A stretch of DNA of 64,000 bases from Akkermansiaceae bacterium (GCA_051251915.1 JBPOGF010000001.1:64001-128000), one strand, 5' to 3'. Shown: positions 9,579 through 20,394, counted from the first letter of the stretch. Translations and numbers: made by a program. Notes: generated from the sequence alone by a model not told the origin.

Positions 9579-11603
9579 ATGAAATTTCACACTACTGTTA
9601 CGTTGTTTACTAGTTTGGGTTTGTGCCTGCTTGCGCAGGGGGAATCTAAGAATAAAAAATTTGATCCTAAGCTGGATGATGTGGCTGCGGATGATCAGTT
9701 GCATCCGTTTTGTGTGATGGATGATGTGTATCCTAGTGAGGTGGTGGGGGTGCCAGGGAAGCCTGAGTTGAAGGTTTCTGGGATGGCGTTTGGTGGGGAT
9801 GATCTTTATATGACGGTGTTTACTCCGGATCGGACGAATCAGGCTCCTTTTAAGAAGGGTGAGGTTTATAAGGTGAGTGGGTTGATTGGGAATTCTGATC
9901 GATCTAAGATTATGGCGCATCGGTTGATGGGGGATTTATATGAGCCTACGGGAATAGCTGTGCATGAGGGTAAAATTTATATTGGTGAGAAGGATAAGAT
10001 TTCTCGTTTAGAGGATAAGAATAAGGATGGGGTGTTTACGAATGATGAGAAGGTGGTGCTGATTGAGGGGCTTTCTCATGCGAACTTTCATACTTATACG
10101 GTTGGATTTCCTAAGATAGTGAAGGATGGGAAGACTTATCTTGTGGGGAACTTGACGACTTCGATTCGCTTGGGTGGGTCAAGAGATCTGAATGTGACGG
10201 TGAATCCTAAGACGAAGCGTGGTTCTACGTTTTTGTTTGGGCCGATTACTGGTTCTGAGGGGGCAGAGGATGTGGATATTTCTTATGTTGCAGGTGGATT
10301 TAGGACTCCAAATGGTCTTGGGGTGGGGCCGGATAATGAGATTATTGTGACTGATAACCAGGGGGTGTTTAATCCTTCGAATGAGTTTAACCGGATAACT
10401 GAGGGGGATTTCTTTGGGCACTTTTTGTTGAAGAAGCCGCATACGAATATTTCTGCGTTTCAGCCTGAGGGGGTTGATTCTGGTAAGGGTGGGTCACAGC
10501 ATCAGACTCCGACTACGGTTCATTTGCCTCATGTGATGGTGAATAGGTCGCCGTCTCAGCCGATTATCATGCAGGATCTTAAGGGGGCGATGGCTGTTTA
10601 TAATGGTCAGTGGTTGGTGGGGGAGCATACTTTGGGTCGATTGAATCGGGTCTTTTTAGAGGAGGTGGAGGGGACTTGGCAGGGAGCGGCGTTTTTGCAT
10701 TCTGGGGGGTATGATCCGGAGGGTAAGAAGGGTCTAACAGCTGGTCCTAACAGGATTGTAAAGGGGCCGGATGGGCAGTATTATATTGGTCACATTGGTG
10801 ATGGTGGGTTGTGGAGGTTCTTGCCTAAGAAGGGTGAGGATCCGAAGCCGCTTTATGGGCTGCAGAGATTGTCATTTATTGATCCAGCGAAAATTCCGGC
10901 GGACTTTAATGAGATGGTGGCGGTACGTGATATGAAAGATGGGCTTGAGGTGGAATTGTTTAAGGCTATTAGTCAGGCTGACTTGGATGGGGTTGAGCTG
11001 GATTTGAGTCAGTGGACTTATGTTCCTACGAATGGTTACGGTGGGAAGAACTTTGGGACTGAGAAGCTGAAGGTGACTGGTAAGAAGTTGAGTGCTGATG
11101 GGAAGCGCATTCAACTGACGATTCCTGGGATTCGGGATAATTCATCACCGCTGATTACTAAGGGTGAGTATTCTAACAAGAATGTGGGCTGGGTGATTCA
11201 GGTGAAGATTAATAAGCTGCCACTTTATAAGGATACGGCTTGGTATACGATGATAAAGCATCGAGGTGGTGGGGCTCAGGGTGTGATAGCTAAGGAGGTG
11301 AATGCTAAGAAGTCACCGATGGCTTATGCCAAGGCTCAGCATAAGGCTGTGTGTGCGGCTTGTCACTCAACGGATGGAACGCGTATTGCGGGGCCAACGT
11401 TCAAGGGGATATTTGGTAAGAAGCAGAGTATTGTGCGTGATGGTAAGACGCTGGAGGTGACGGTGGATGATGCTTACTTGATGCGTGCGATTGCGAATCC
11501 GCTTGCGGAGCATCCAGTGGGGTATCCGCCGGCGATGCCTGATCCGGGAATGTCTGTGGATGAGCAGAGGGCGCTGGTGCAGTGGATGAAGACTTTGAAG
11601 TGA
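9579..11603 (+). CDS. Exported beta-propeller (glucose/sorbosone dehydrogenase-like) protein with C-terminal cytochrome c
   Basis: Signal peptide; GLSH, GGFRTPNGLG and TDNQGVFNP propeller motifs; CAACH heme-binding motif and distal Met in YPPAMP. Confidence 0.8.
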   Translation: MKFHTTVTLFTSLGLCLLAQGESKNKKFDPKLDDVAADDQLHPFCVMDDVYPSEVVGVPGKPELKVSGMAFGGDDLYMTVFTPDRTNQAPFKKGEVYKVSGLIGNSDRSKIMAHRLMGDLYEPTGIAVHEGKIYIGEKDKISRLEDKNKDGVFTNDEKVVLIEGLSHANFHTYTVGFPKIVKDGKTYLVGNLTTSIRLGGSRDLNVTVNPKTKRGSTFLFGPITGSEGAEDVDISYVAGGFRTPNGLGVGPDNEIIVTDNQGVFNPSNEFNRITEGDFFGHFLLKKPHTNISAFQPEGVDSGKGGSQHQTPTTVHLPHVMVNRSPSQPIIMQDLKGAMAVYNGQWLVGEHTLGRLNRVFLEEVEGTWQGAAFLHSGGYDPEGKKGLTAGPNRIVKGPDGQYYIGHIGDGGLWRFLPKKGEDPKPLYGLQRLSFIDPAKIPADFNEMVAVRDMKDGLEVELFKAISQADLDGVELDLSQWTYVPTNGYGGKNFGTEKLKVTGKKLSADGKRIQLTIPGIRDNSSPLITKGEYSNKNVGWVIQVKINKLPLYKDTAWYTMIKHRGGGAQGVIAKEVNAKKSPMAYAKAQHKAVCAACHSTDGTRIAGPTFKGIFGKKQSIVRDGKTLEVTVDDAYLMRAIANPLAEHPVGYPPAMPDPGMSVDEQRALVQWMKTLK

Positions 11604-11678
11604 TATTTTGCTCTTAGTCGTAAGTTTTCTTGCCAGTGTGGAGTGGATGGCGCAGGATCTGCCATCTACTAACAGACT

Positions 11679-12344
11679 ATGGCGGACGCATTAGAAATAC
11701 GGGGGACTACAAAACAGCGAGTGATAGGAAAGCTCGCGGGTGGATTGATCCGTGTGATGGGGTGGACGCTGAGGTATAGGTATGAGGGGCTGGAGCAGAT
11801 GAGCGGGAAACTTGGTGGTAGGCCGGTTATCTTTGCGTTGTGGCATAATCGGATTTTTGCGATGCCTTATGCGAAGCCTAAGTTGAGTCCAGATAGGGAG
11901 GTTTGTGTGCTTACGAGTGCGAGTAAGGATGGGGCTATTTTAGAGACGGCTGTTAGGTCATTTGGGCTGACGGCGGTGCGAGGATCTAGCTCACGTAGGG
12001 GGGCGGCTGCGCTGGTGGCCCTGCGGAGAAAACTTACCTCTGGGGCGACGGTGACGATCACGCCGGATGGGCCGAAGGGACCGCGGTATAAGGTGCAGCC
12101 AGGGGTGGTGAAGTTGGCGCAGGCTAGTGGAGCTCCGATTGTGGTGGTGAGTGTGAATTATTCTCGTTGCTGGAGGTTTAAGAGTTGGGATAGATTTTGT
12201 TTGCCCAAGCCGTTTTCTAAGGTGATGGTGAGGCTTGAGGAAGGGGTTGAAATTTCGAAAGAATTGAGTAATGATGCGTTTGAAGACGAGCGCATGAAGC
12301 TAGAAGTGCTGATGAATGAGTCAGTGAGAGACGAACCTGAATAG
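11679..12344 (+). CDS. DUF374 / lysophospholipid acyltransferase-family protein
   Basis: [34 protein letters not shown] and [11 protein letters not shown]. Confidence 0.88.
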   Translation: MADALEIRGTTKQRVIGKLAGGLIRVMGWTLRYRYEGLEQMSGKLGGRPVIFALWHNRIFAMPYAKPKLSPDREVCVLTSASKDGAILETAVRSFGLTAVRGSSSRRGAAALVALRRKLTSGATVTITPDGPKGPRYKVQPGVVKLAQASGAPIVVVSVNYSRCWRFKSWDRFCLPKPFSKVMVRLEEGVEISKELSNDAFEDERMKLEVLMNESVRDEPE

Positions 12345-12357
12345 AATATATCATACG

Positions 12358-13224
12358 ATGAAAAAGATAGACGGAAAAGCAGTGGCGGAGAAGGTGATCA
12401 GTGAGTGTAAGGATGAGATCGCGGTGTTGAAGGCGAAGGGTATTACACCTGGTTTAGCGGTTGTTTTGGTGGGGGAGGATCCGGCTTCTAAGGTTTATGT
12501 TGGGTCTAAGGCGCGAAAGTGTGAGGAACTGGGGATTTACTCGCTTAAAATAGAGATGCCGGCGGATTCTACTCAGGAGGAGGTGATGAAGGTTGTGGAA
12601 GATTTAAATAATAATGATAAGGTGGACGGTATTTTGGTGCAGTCACCGCCGCCAGCTCACATTGATGAGGATGCGATTGTAAGAGCGATTGATCCGGCGA
12701 AGGATGTGGATGGGTTTCATCCTGTGAATGTGGCGAAGTTGGTGTTGGAGGATCCGAGTGGATTTATTCCATGCACACCGCATGGCTGCATGAGATTACT
12801 AGAGGAAGCTGGGGTGGAGACATCTGGTGCTGAGGCTGTGGTGATAGGTAGATCTATGATCGTGGGGAAACCGATGGCGTTGTTGCTGATGGGGAAATCA
12901 GGGAATGCTACTGTGACTGTGGCGCACTCAAGGACGAAAGATTTAGCGGCGGTTTGTAGACGCGCGGATATTATTGTGGCGGCGATTGGTATGCCGGAGT
13001 TTGTGACTGCGGATATGGTGAAGGATGGCGCGGTAGTGATCGATGTGGGTATCAATCGTGTGGAAGATTCTAGTAAGAAGCGCGGCTATAAGTTGGTGGG
13101 CGATGTGGCCTATGATGAGGTGGCACCGAAGTGCGCTGCGATAACTCCAGTGCCGGGAGGTGTGGGGCCGATGACGATAGCGATGTTGATCAAGAACACA
13201 GTAATCGCGGCTGGGAGGAGGTAG
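12358..13224 (+). CDS. folD: Bifunctional methylenetetrahydrofolate dehydrogenase/cyclohydrolase
   Basis: [39 protein letters not shown] and [11 protein letters not shown]. Confidence 0.98.
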   Translation: MKKIDGKAVAEKVISECKDEIAVLKAKGITPGLAVVLVGEDPASKVYVGSKARKCEELGIYSLKIEMPADSTQEEVMKVVEDLNNNDKVDGILVQSPPPAHIDEDAIVRAIDPAKDVDGFHPVNVAKLVLEDPSGFIPCTPHGCMRLLEEAGVETSGAEAVVIGRSMIVGKPMALLLMGKSGNATVTVAHSRTKDLAAVCRRADIIVAAIGMPEFVTADMVKDGAVVIDVGINRVEDSSKKRGYKLVGDVAYDEVAPKCAAITPVPGGVGPMTIAMLIKNTVIAAGRR

Positions 13225-13261
13225 TTTTTAGGAGGGGGTGTCGGCAGGTAGAGGTAAGTTT

Positions 13262-13477
13262 TTACCTGCTGATGAAGTAGATGGCGAGTGCCATGCCGCC
13301 GATCCAGACTGCGACGATGTGCGCGACTCCGAAAGATCTGGCGCCAGGTGTTTCAGCGGGGTCGTCAACGTTTGGGCCGAAGAGTTTGTTGTAATTCATG
13401 CAGAGCCAGACGCCTAGAATACTCCAAACGATGAGAAATAGAGCGAGGCCGATTTTGATGATAATTTGTAGAGTCAT
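13262..13477 (-). CDS. Small two-TM membrane protein
   Basis: 71 aa, two hydrophobic helices around an FGPNVDDPAETPGARS loop; fits the minus-strand gene run. Confidence 0.65.
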   Translation of the reverse strand: MTLQIIIKIGLALFLIVWSILGVWLCMNYNKLFGPNVDDPAETPGARSFGVAHIVAVWIGGMALAIYFISR

Positions 13478-13502
13478 GGAGTAGTAATTGTTGTTGTTTG
13501 GA

Positions 13503-13799
13503 TTAGTCTTCTTGTTTTTTGAGCCAGGTTTCTAGCCAGAATGGCAAGAAGGGGACTAGACAGGTAAGGAACACTAGGATGGCGGTTTTGAATGACCATT
13601 TTTTGTGTTCCATAGCTTGGTAAAGGGCGATGCAGAATAGGCAAAATAGGAAGCCGTGGACCATGCCTGGTATGCGGATGGCTTCATCATCACCTAGCCA
13701 GCGCTTAAGGTAGAGGGAGCAGTAGAGGAGGTAGAGAAATGAGAGGGCATCGATGATGCTGATGATGCGTAAGCGGGTGATTGGCGAGCTGAGATTCAT
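13503..13799 (-). CDS. DUF3817-like membrane protein
   Basis: LRIISIIDALSFLYLL...GMVHGFLFCLF...LVPFLPFW pattern. Confidence 0.8.
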   Translation of the reverse strand: MNLSSPITRLRIISIIDALSFLYLLYCSLYLKRWLGDDEAIRIPGMVHGFLFCLFCIALYQAMEHKKWSFKTAILVFLTCLVPFLPFWLETWLKKQED

Positions 13800-13829
13800 A
13801 GTGGTTAGAGTATGGTGGTCAAATTCTAA

Positions 13830-14276
13830 CTAGCGGCGGGCTAGTAGTTGAGGTGGCATATAGATGTTGATGGAGCCTTCGTTGTTGCTGTGGTAGTAGA
13901 AGTGAAAGCCTTCTAGGAAGAAGTGCTTTTTTTCTGGGTGACTTGAGTCACAGCTGATGTGAGTCTTAGCGAAGCCGTCCTTGCTGGTTAGTTCGTATAC
14001 GTGTATGGAGCCTTTGAGTGACGGGAGGTTTTTTTTACTGAAGAGGGCGAGGTTGAAATGTGGGTATTTCGCGATGACGTTACCTTCTATTTCGTAGTCT
14101 GAACCATATTTTGCGCGGTAGGTTAGAGCTGAGTCATCTACTGTATTGATGACTAGAGTTGGAGGTTTGGTGGTGGGGGTCGCTGAGGGAGGGGTGTTAG
14201 TGCCGCAGCTTGCTAGCAGAACAGAACCCGTCATCGCTGTGTATAGCGTGAGGGTTCTGATGAAAGGTTGATTCAT
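13830..14276 (-). CDS. Hypothetical lipoprotein
   Basis: Lipobox LLASC after a hydrophobic signal, then a P/T-rich linker. Confidence 0.72.
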   Translation of the reverse strand: MNQPFIRTLTLYTAMTGSVLLASCGTNTPPSATPTTKPPTLVINTVDDSALTYRAKYGSDYEIEGNVIAKYPHFNLALFSKKNLPSLKGSIHVYELTSKDGFAKTHISCDSSHPEKKHFFLEGFHFYYHSNNEGSINIYMPPQLLARR

Positions 14277-14317
14277 TTTGCTAGAGTTTTAGGGCGTGTT
14301 AGAGGATACGTGCGATA

Positions 14318-15562
14318 TTACTGTGGGATGATCTCTGGGGCGAGCATCTCGGAGAGAGATTGCTGTTGCTGGATGATTTTGAGTTCGCCGTTGTCTAACA
14401 GAAGCTGTGGAGTGGTTGGGAATGAGTTGTAGTTCTTGAGTGACATGGAGGCGCAGTAGGCACCGGCTCCTTCGATGACAACGAGGTCTCCGAGTTCGGC
14501 TTTGTTTAGGGTTCGAGTTGTGAGTGTGTCTGACTCATCGACGGTGAATACATCGCCACTTTCGCAGCAATGTCCGCAGACGACATATTCGACTGATTCA
14601 GAGTTATCGTTAATGATGATGATGGGGTGCTCAGATGCGTAGAGGGCTGGGCGGGTGATGGTGTCCATTCCGGTATTTAGCTTAAGGAATGTGTAGCCTT
14701 CTGAGCCGGTGTTGGAGATGTCATCCACGTCGCAGATGAGTGAGCCGCAGTTGGCGGAAAGGTAGGTGCCTGGTTCGACTTCAAGTTTGTATTCATTGCC
14801 TGTGTTCTCAGCGTGCTTGATGAAGACTGACTTCACGAACTCACCGACCTCTTGAAGGTTAGTGCTTTTTTCTGAGGACATTCTGGCGACTTTAAACCCT
14901 CCACCGAGGTTGACTGTGTGAACATTAGGGAATTTATCCGCTTGGGCTAGAGTCATTTCTGTGACGGCCTTCCATACTTCAGGATCTGAACCTGAGCCGA
15001 TGTGTGAGTGAATGCGGGTGATGTTGAGATTATGCTTGGCTGCTATTTCTGCGACCTGGTCAGTCTGCTCGTGCCAGATGCCGAATGAGGCCGATGGCCC
15101 GCCGACGTTGGTTTTTCTGTTAGAGCCAGAACCGGTGCCGGGATTGACGCGGAATGAAATGTTGGAACCAGGGAATGCCTTGCCGAACTCGTCAATCTGC
15201 TTAAGTGAACAAGCGTTAAATAGGACGCCTGCTGCGACGATTTCTTTTAGGTGCTTGCGTGGGAATTGCTGACCAGTGAGCTGTATTTTCTCGCCTGGGA
15301 TTCCTGCATGGAGGCAACGCATGACTTCATATTCTGATGATGCATCAAAGTGAAGTCCCATGGCCTCAACCACTTTAAGGATGGCGAGGTGTGGGTTGGC
15401 TTTGAGGGCGTAGCGGGCGTTGAGTCCGTAGGCATTAGGGAATGCGGTGACTTCAGCGCATCGTTGCTCGATGGTTTCTCTGCTGTAAACATAGGCAGGT
15501 GAACCGATCTTGGCGACCGCTTGAGAAATGAGTTCAGGGGTGAGAAAGTTTAGCGTTTCCAT
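14318..15562 (-). CDS. lysA: Diaminopimelate decarboxylase
   Basis: YALKANP (PLP Lys), HSHIGSG, NLGGGF, EPGTYL, GHCCESGD and GAYCASM. Confidence 0.93.
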   Translation of the reverse strand: METLNFLTPELISQAVAKIGSPAYVYSRETIEQRCAEVTAFPNAYGLNARYALKANPHLAILKVVEAMGLHFDASSEYEVMRCLHAGIPGEKIQLTGQQFPRKHLKEIVAAGVLFNACSLKQIDEFGKAFPGSNISFRVNPGTGSGSNRKTNVGGPSASFGIWHEQTDQVAEIAAKHNLNITRIHSHIGSGSDPEVWKAVTEMTLAQADKFPNVHTVNLGGGFKVARMSSEKSTNLQEVGEFVKSVFIKHAENTGNEYKLEVEPGTYLSANCGSLICDVDDISNTGSEGYTFLKLNTGMDTITRPALYASEHPIIIINDNSESVEYVVCGHCCESGDVFTVDESDTLTTRTLNKAELGDLVVIEGAGAYCASMSLKNYNSFPTTPQLLLDNGELKIIQQQQSLSEMLAPEIIPQ

Positions 15563-15597
15563 GGCAGGAAGTTGCTTTGGGTTATGATAAAATGCAA

Positions 15598-16053
15598 TTA
15601 CTTTTCGTTGGAATTCTTCTGTAATAACTCAATGATAGTTTCGACAGAGATCCTGATATCTTCAGATCCTCCATTTCTCATGTTTCTGAGTAGAGGTAAG
15701 GATTTGGCAAGTGAGGTCCAGGTTTTCTGCTGCCATGGGTTATGTTCCTCGATTTGTAAGAGAGAAACTGTGCAGCTTTTGAGGGTGTCTAGGATTTCAA
15801 GTTTTACCTCTGCTGTGACTAGCTGAGATAGTTCTATCAGAAATGGTATGGTTGGCTCGGCTGCATGGTGGATGCCACCGCTACAGAGTAACTTCCAGAT
15901 CATGTGGTTGGCTTTTATGGCTCTAGGGATTTTACGAGATGATGCGTCTTGTAATAATCTAGGGAGACGTTCTCCGGTTCCTGTAGATGTTTTGTATTCT
16001 GACCAGGCAACATCTCTGAGCCGCATCCATAGTGCTTGTGACATGGAATTCAT
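15598..16053 (-). CDS. Hypothetical alpha-helical (HEAT-like) protein
   Basis: 151-aa ORF with LRDVAWSEY...LPRLL and TIPFLIEL segments; fills the gap upstream of lysA. Confidence 0.6.
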   Translation of the reverse strand: MNSMSQALWMRLRDVAWSEYKTSTGTGERLPRLLQDASSRKIPRAIKANHMIWKLLCSGGIHHAAEPTIPFLIELSQLVTAEVKLEILDTLKSCTVSLLQIEEHNPWQQKTWTSLAKSLPLLRNMRNGGSEDIRISVETIIELLQKNSNEK

Positions 16054-16163
16054 GTATAGGCTATTGAGGATTAAGGATAGCAGAAAGTGCTACGGAGGTC
16101 TGTTTTTTCAATGTAGGTTACTTTTTAACTTTACTTAACTATTAAGATCGCTATAACTGAAAC

Positions 16164-19100
16164 ATGTCACTCCAAAACAAAAACAACGAATTAATGTCCG
16201 CTATGTTTAGCCGGGCTACAAGCATCTCGTTTGATCCGTTAATTCAACATCAACGTGCTCAATTCAACCCTTCCACTGGATCGTGGGTGTTTGGCCTTGC
16301 TGCATTTGCTGCAGGTGTCGCCCTGAAGAAGATGATCCAACCAGCAAGTGAAGGTTCACCTGCTCAACCTCCAGCAACTCCAACGCCTACACCAGACCCT
16401 CAGACACGTTTTAGTCGGGATCGTAGTGGTGATAGCATGAAAGCATTGCTTCGTGATACGATGGCTGAGGAGGGAAGAAGTGGAGATTTTTTATCAAGTA
16501 TTAGCTCAGAAGTAGCTAAGCTGAGAGAGGAAGTAGCAACTTTGAGTGCACAAAAGGAGCAACTTAAAGCGCATCCAGTTCCACATGAATACGACAGAAG
16601 TAACGATGAGTATTCTCAAGTCAAAGAAACTCTAGGGCAACTTAATGCTGAGAAGGCTAGGTTAGCGAGAACTGAGGCTGAGCTTCAGCAGGTTTTGATG
16701 TCACAGAAAGCATCTACTCCAGGAGCTGATGACGCGATTCGTGGAGACTTGTTAAAAGTGCAGGATGACCTGCAAAAGTTGAAGCATGATCAGGAACGCA
16801 TTCAGAGTGAGTATGAACTCAGCCAGAAGCGAGTCAGCGAGACTAGGTCTGCGATGGATTCACTCAAGCTGATGTTTGATGAAAAGGTGGCGAGCCTCAA
16901 GGAGGCTGAATCAAGAGAAGAAAATCTGAAGCGAGAGCATCAGATCTTATTGGAAACTGTTGCAAATCTTAAGAAGCAACTAGACTTTTTCCGTGAACAG
17001 GCAACGCAGGATAAGAGCGGAGTGACATCTCTCAAAATCCTTGAAGAGTCTAACAGCAGGCTATCGGCTCAGGTTGATACCAGTCTACTGGAAGCGGAGC
17101 AACAGCAGGCAGCCTTAAAAAGGCTGACTGCTGAAAAATCAGAACTAGCTAAGCAGCTAGATGAATACCAAGTGCAAGCACGTGAATCTGAGATGAGAAT
17201 GCATAGCTTAGAGTCTGCTCTTAGTGATGCTAAATCAGCTGAGCAGGCATTACTAGCTAGAGTAGAGGAGCTATCTAGCAGAAATGTGGAAGCGGATGGT
17301 GCACGTATCGAAAGGCTACGTTTAGAGAATGAACTGGCTGAGGCGAGAGTGAGTATCCAAGCATTAGAAGATAATGAGAACATGCTCAATTCTAAGCTAG
17401 AAATGCTTTCAAGCCAGGGCATGGTGCTTTCTCACAACAATGAGGCCTTGCTTAAGGTGACTGCTGAGAGAGATGGGCTTCAGCAGGATTTATTTGAGCT
17501 GGAGAAGCGTAGCGGAGATACTAAGAATGAGTTAGAAGAGGCTGCGGTGAAGGAAGAGGAGCTTAATCTCAAAATTGATAACCTTCTCAACCAGATCAAG
17601 AATCTTGAGAATGAGCGGGATCTGCACAAGTCGCGTTCTGATATGTCAGAGTTGCAGATGTCTAAATCAGGCAATGAATTTGATGCTCTGAAACAGTCAA
17701 TTCAAATACTCGAGGGTGAGAAGAGTTCATTAAGTGCAGAGCTCCAAGCTTACCAGCGTGAGGCTGCTGAAGCTACGAGAAAGCACAAAGAGGCTGAGCA
17801 ACTGATCCTTGACTCAGAAAGCAAAGAGAGAAAATATCGTAATGAGATAGAGTCCATTAGGTCACAGCTTTTAGCAATCGAAAATTCTAAACTAGAGTTT
17901 GCTACTCAACAAAAGGAGCTGCAGAAAGCTGAAGCTGAAATTCAACACCTTCTTGCTAACAGGCAGAATAATGAGCATGAGCTAGCAAATGTAAATGCTG
18001 AGTTAAATCACGTTAAGAGAGAGCTCGATGCACTTAATACACAGCAAAATCAACTTGCGAAAGAAGAACAGCTTAGTTCAGGGAAAGTGGCACAAATCGA
18101 GGAGCAACTCAGAGAGCGTGATCACATTATAGCTGACTCTAAACTGAAGGAAGATAACCTTAGAAGCGAGGTGGCTGTCCTCCAGCAGACTACACATCAG
18201 CTACATGGTGAGCTTGAGAGGCTGAGAGAAGTCCAGTCTGCTTTAGGCAGTAGTAATGCGACACTTAATGTTCTCCAGGAAACTGAGCAACAGTTGAATT
18301 CTCAGTTGCGAAATGCACAAGGTCAGATAGAGCAGCAGCATCAGAACTTGTTAAAAGCGGAGCAAGAAAGAGCTCGCTTGGAAGCTGGATTAGATGAAGA
18401 GTCAGCAAAATTTGCGAATCTCAACAACGAGAATAATTTCCTAAGGCAGCAACTAGCTGGATGGGAAGCGAAGGAGGCTGAGCATTCTAACAGATTATTA
18501 CAACTCAATGCAGGGTCATCAGATACTGAAAAGTTAGAGCAAGAGTTAATGCAGCTTAGAAGCCAACAACTTAATTTGAAATCTCATCTGGATAGCACGG
18601 TGAATGAGAAAGGTCAACTTGAGCAGAATCTTAATATGCTTAATGGCAAGCTGCAGCATGTTGTTTCTGATAGAGATCATCTATCTAGGGAGTTGGAGAA
18701 TGTTTCAGTATCACTTGGAGCGATCACAGCAGAGAGGGATGACTTACAGAATACTTGTAGTAAGCTACAGTTATCAATTCAGGAGTTAGTTGCTGAGCAA
18801 AACAAGAAAGATCAAGAGCACAAGCAAGCGCTTCTGGCTATGGAGATGCAGTCTATTCCTGAAGAAGTGGTAACTAAAGAACTAGCTTCTGAAGAACAAG
18901 CGGTGGTGAAACTAGAGCTTCCGCAGGATGAATCTACGGATCTTAAGCCTATTGGTCAGTTACCTGAGAAGAAGAATGAAGGAACTCATACATCACAAGC
19001 TGAGTTTGTAAGAGATGATCTTGATACATCAGTATTTGAGCCGTCGGTTATGAATGTTGAAGAGTTTGAGTCACCTGTTTCTGAGAACCTTTTTGAATCT

Positions 19101-20360
19101 ACTAAAGTAGGAAGGCTTAGAAAGTTCAAAGGCCACCGCAAGATAGAAGACATAGAGTCAAAGGAAAAAGATCTCGAAGAACGTGTTAAAGCATATAAAG
19201 ATCGCTTAGAGCAAGGGGAGTCAGAAGATCAAATAGCACTGTCTATAGCTAAAGCAAAATCTGCGACGGGGGGGGCAGCAGAAATAGACACTAAGCACAA
19301 AGCTTACTCACCTAATAGGTCATTCATGGATCTTCTCGAAGATAGTGAAAGACGTAAGGTAGAACAGAAGCCGGTTAATATTGAAACTAGTTGGTCAGAA
19401 GTTGAGGAGTTAGAAGAGGAGGACATTGTTCTTGAAGAAGGAACGAACTACAAGCCGCTACTCTTTGGTGGAGCGGCTGCTGGTCTTGCTATCGGGGCCG
19501 CAGCGATGGTGCTCTTTAATCAGAGCAATAATTCATCAGATCCAAGTAAGAGGAATCCGATAACTGATAACCAACAGCAGACTCCTAACAGTAATGGTTC
19601 ATCCGCCACTGGTCCAAACTATGGAGGAGATAATATCGATGGTGACGTTAATTTATCAAGTATTGAGCTGAAAGATCAGGCTCTAGATCTACTTAAAAAA
19701 TTCCATAATTCAGCAGATCAAAACGTAAAAGCTTCTCTCTGCCGAGTGCCTAAACGCACCTTGGCTGACATGAAGGATTACTACTCTAATAGAGCACAAG
19801 ATTATGCAGTGACAGATGTAGAAATCAGTCCTCATCTCGTATTCGAGAGCAAGATGAAGTTTATCAAAGCTGAGGTCAAAACTCAACTTGATGGAGAGAC
19901 TGGCTCTAAAGTCGCTTACTTTGTTAAGGACGATAACGGGGATCTCAAGCTGGACTGGTATAACTACGTGGGCTACGAAGTTACTCCATGGGATAAGTAC
20001 CTGAACTTGGGCGATGTAGGGGCACAAGATTGGCATGTATCGATCGATCTTAATGGCAATGAGCATCCGGATTTCCCAGAGGATCAATTTGTTGCTCTCA
20101 AGGTTAGAAGTTGGAGTCCAGATGCGATTAATTCAGCGAGTGCTTACCTTAGTAAGGAGAATGTTATGTATCAGCAGTTAATGGATGCTTACAAATTAGG
20201 GCAAAAAACTTTCATCCTTCGTCTCCGTCATTTGGGTGACATCACGAATTCATTATATGTCGATGAAGTCATATCACTCAGTGAGTTTTATGTGCGGGAC
20301 ATCGATACGGATGTCAGTTCTAGTATCGATGAAATATCATTCGGTGATTCTTCCTATTGA
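16164..20360 (+). CDS. Large coiled-coil membrane protein of unknown function
   Basis: 1398 aa; N-terminal hydrophobic segment, about 800 aa of E/Q/K/L heptad sequence, TM helix at about 19458-19517 and a C-terminal globular domain. Confidence 0.85.
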   Translation: MSLQNKNNELMSAMFSRATSISFDPLIQHQRAQFNPSTGSWVFGLAAFAAGVALKKMIQPASEGSPAQPPATPTPTPDPQTRFSRDRSGDSMKALLRDTMAEEGRSGDFLSSISSEVAKLREEVATLSAQKEQLKAHPVPHEYDRSNDEYSQVKETLGQLNAEKARLARTEAELQQVLMSQKASTPGADDAIRGDLLKVQDDLQKLKHDQERIQSEYELSQKRVSETRSAMDSLKLMFDEKVASLKEAESREENLKREHQILLETVANLKKQLDFFREQATQDKSGVTSLKILEESNSRLSAQVDTSLLEAEQQQAALKRLTAEKSELAKQLDEYQVQARESEMRMHSLESALSDAKSAEQALLARVEELSSRNVEADGARIERLRLENELAEARVSIQALEDNENMLNSKLEMLSSQGMVLSHNNEALLKVTAERDGLQQDLFELEKRSGDTKNELEEAAVKEEELNLKIDNLLNQIKNLENERDLHKSRSDMSELQMSKSGNEFDALKQSIQILEGEKSSLSAELQAYQREAAEATRKHKEAEQLILDSESKERKYRNEIESIRSQLLAIENSKLEFATQQKELQKAEAEIQHLLANRQNNEHELANVNAELNHVKRELDALNTQQNQLAKEEQLSSGKVAQIEEQLRERDHIIADSKLKEDNLRSEVAVLQQTTHQLHGELERLREVQSALGSSNATLNVLQETEQQLNSQLRNAQGQIEQQHQNLLKAEQERARLEAGLDEESAKFANLNNENNFLRQQLAGWEAKEAEHSNRLLQLNAGSSDTEKLEQELMQLRSQQLNLKSHLDSTVNEKGQLEQNLNMLNGKLQHVVSDRDHLSRELENVSVSLGAITAERDDLQNTCSKLQLSIQELVAEQNKKDQEHKQALLAMEMQSIPEEVVTKELASEEQAVVKLELPQDESTDLKPIGQLPEKKNEGTHTSQAEFVRDDLDTSVFEPSVMNVEEFESPVSENLFESTKVGRLRKFKGHRKIEDIESKEKDLEERVKAYKDRLEQGESEDQIALSIAKAKSATGGAAEIDTKHKAYSPNRSFMDLLEDSERRKVEQKPVNIETSWSEVEELEEEDIVLEEGTNYKPLLFGGAAAGLAIGAAAMVLFNQSNNSSDPSKRNPITDNQQQTPNSNGSSATGPNYGGDNIDGDVNLSSIELKDQALDLLKKFHNSADQNVKASLCRVPKRTLADMKDYYSNRAQDYAVTDVEISPHLVFESKMKFIKAEVKTQLDGETGSKVAYFVKDDNGDLKLDWYNYVGYEVTPWDKYLNLGDVGAQDWHVSIDLNGNEHPDFPEDQFVALKVRSWSPDAINSASAYLSKENVMYQQLMDAYKLGQKTFILRLRHLGDITNSLYVDEVISLSEFYVRDIDTDVSSSIDEISFGDSSY

Positions 20361-20394
20361 CGAATGGATTTGCTAAGGTAATGCTCTTCTAAGA

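Noticed and set aside
16164..20360. Calling the coiled-coil protein an SMC or SbcC homologue
   Set aside because: No Walker A/B or signature motif, and it has transmembrane segments
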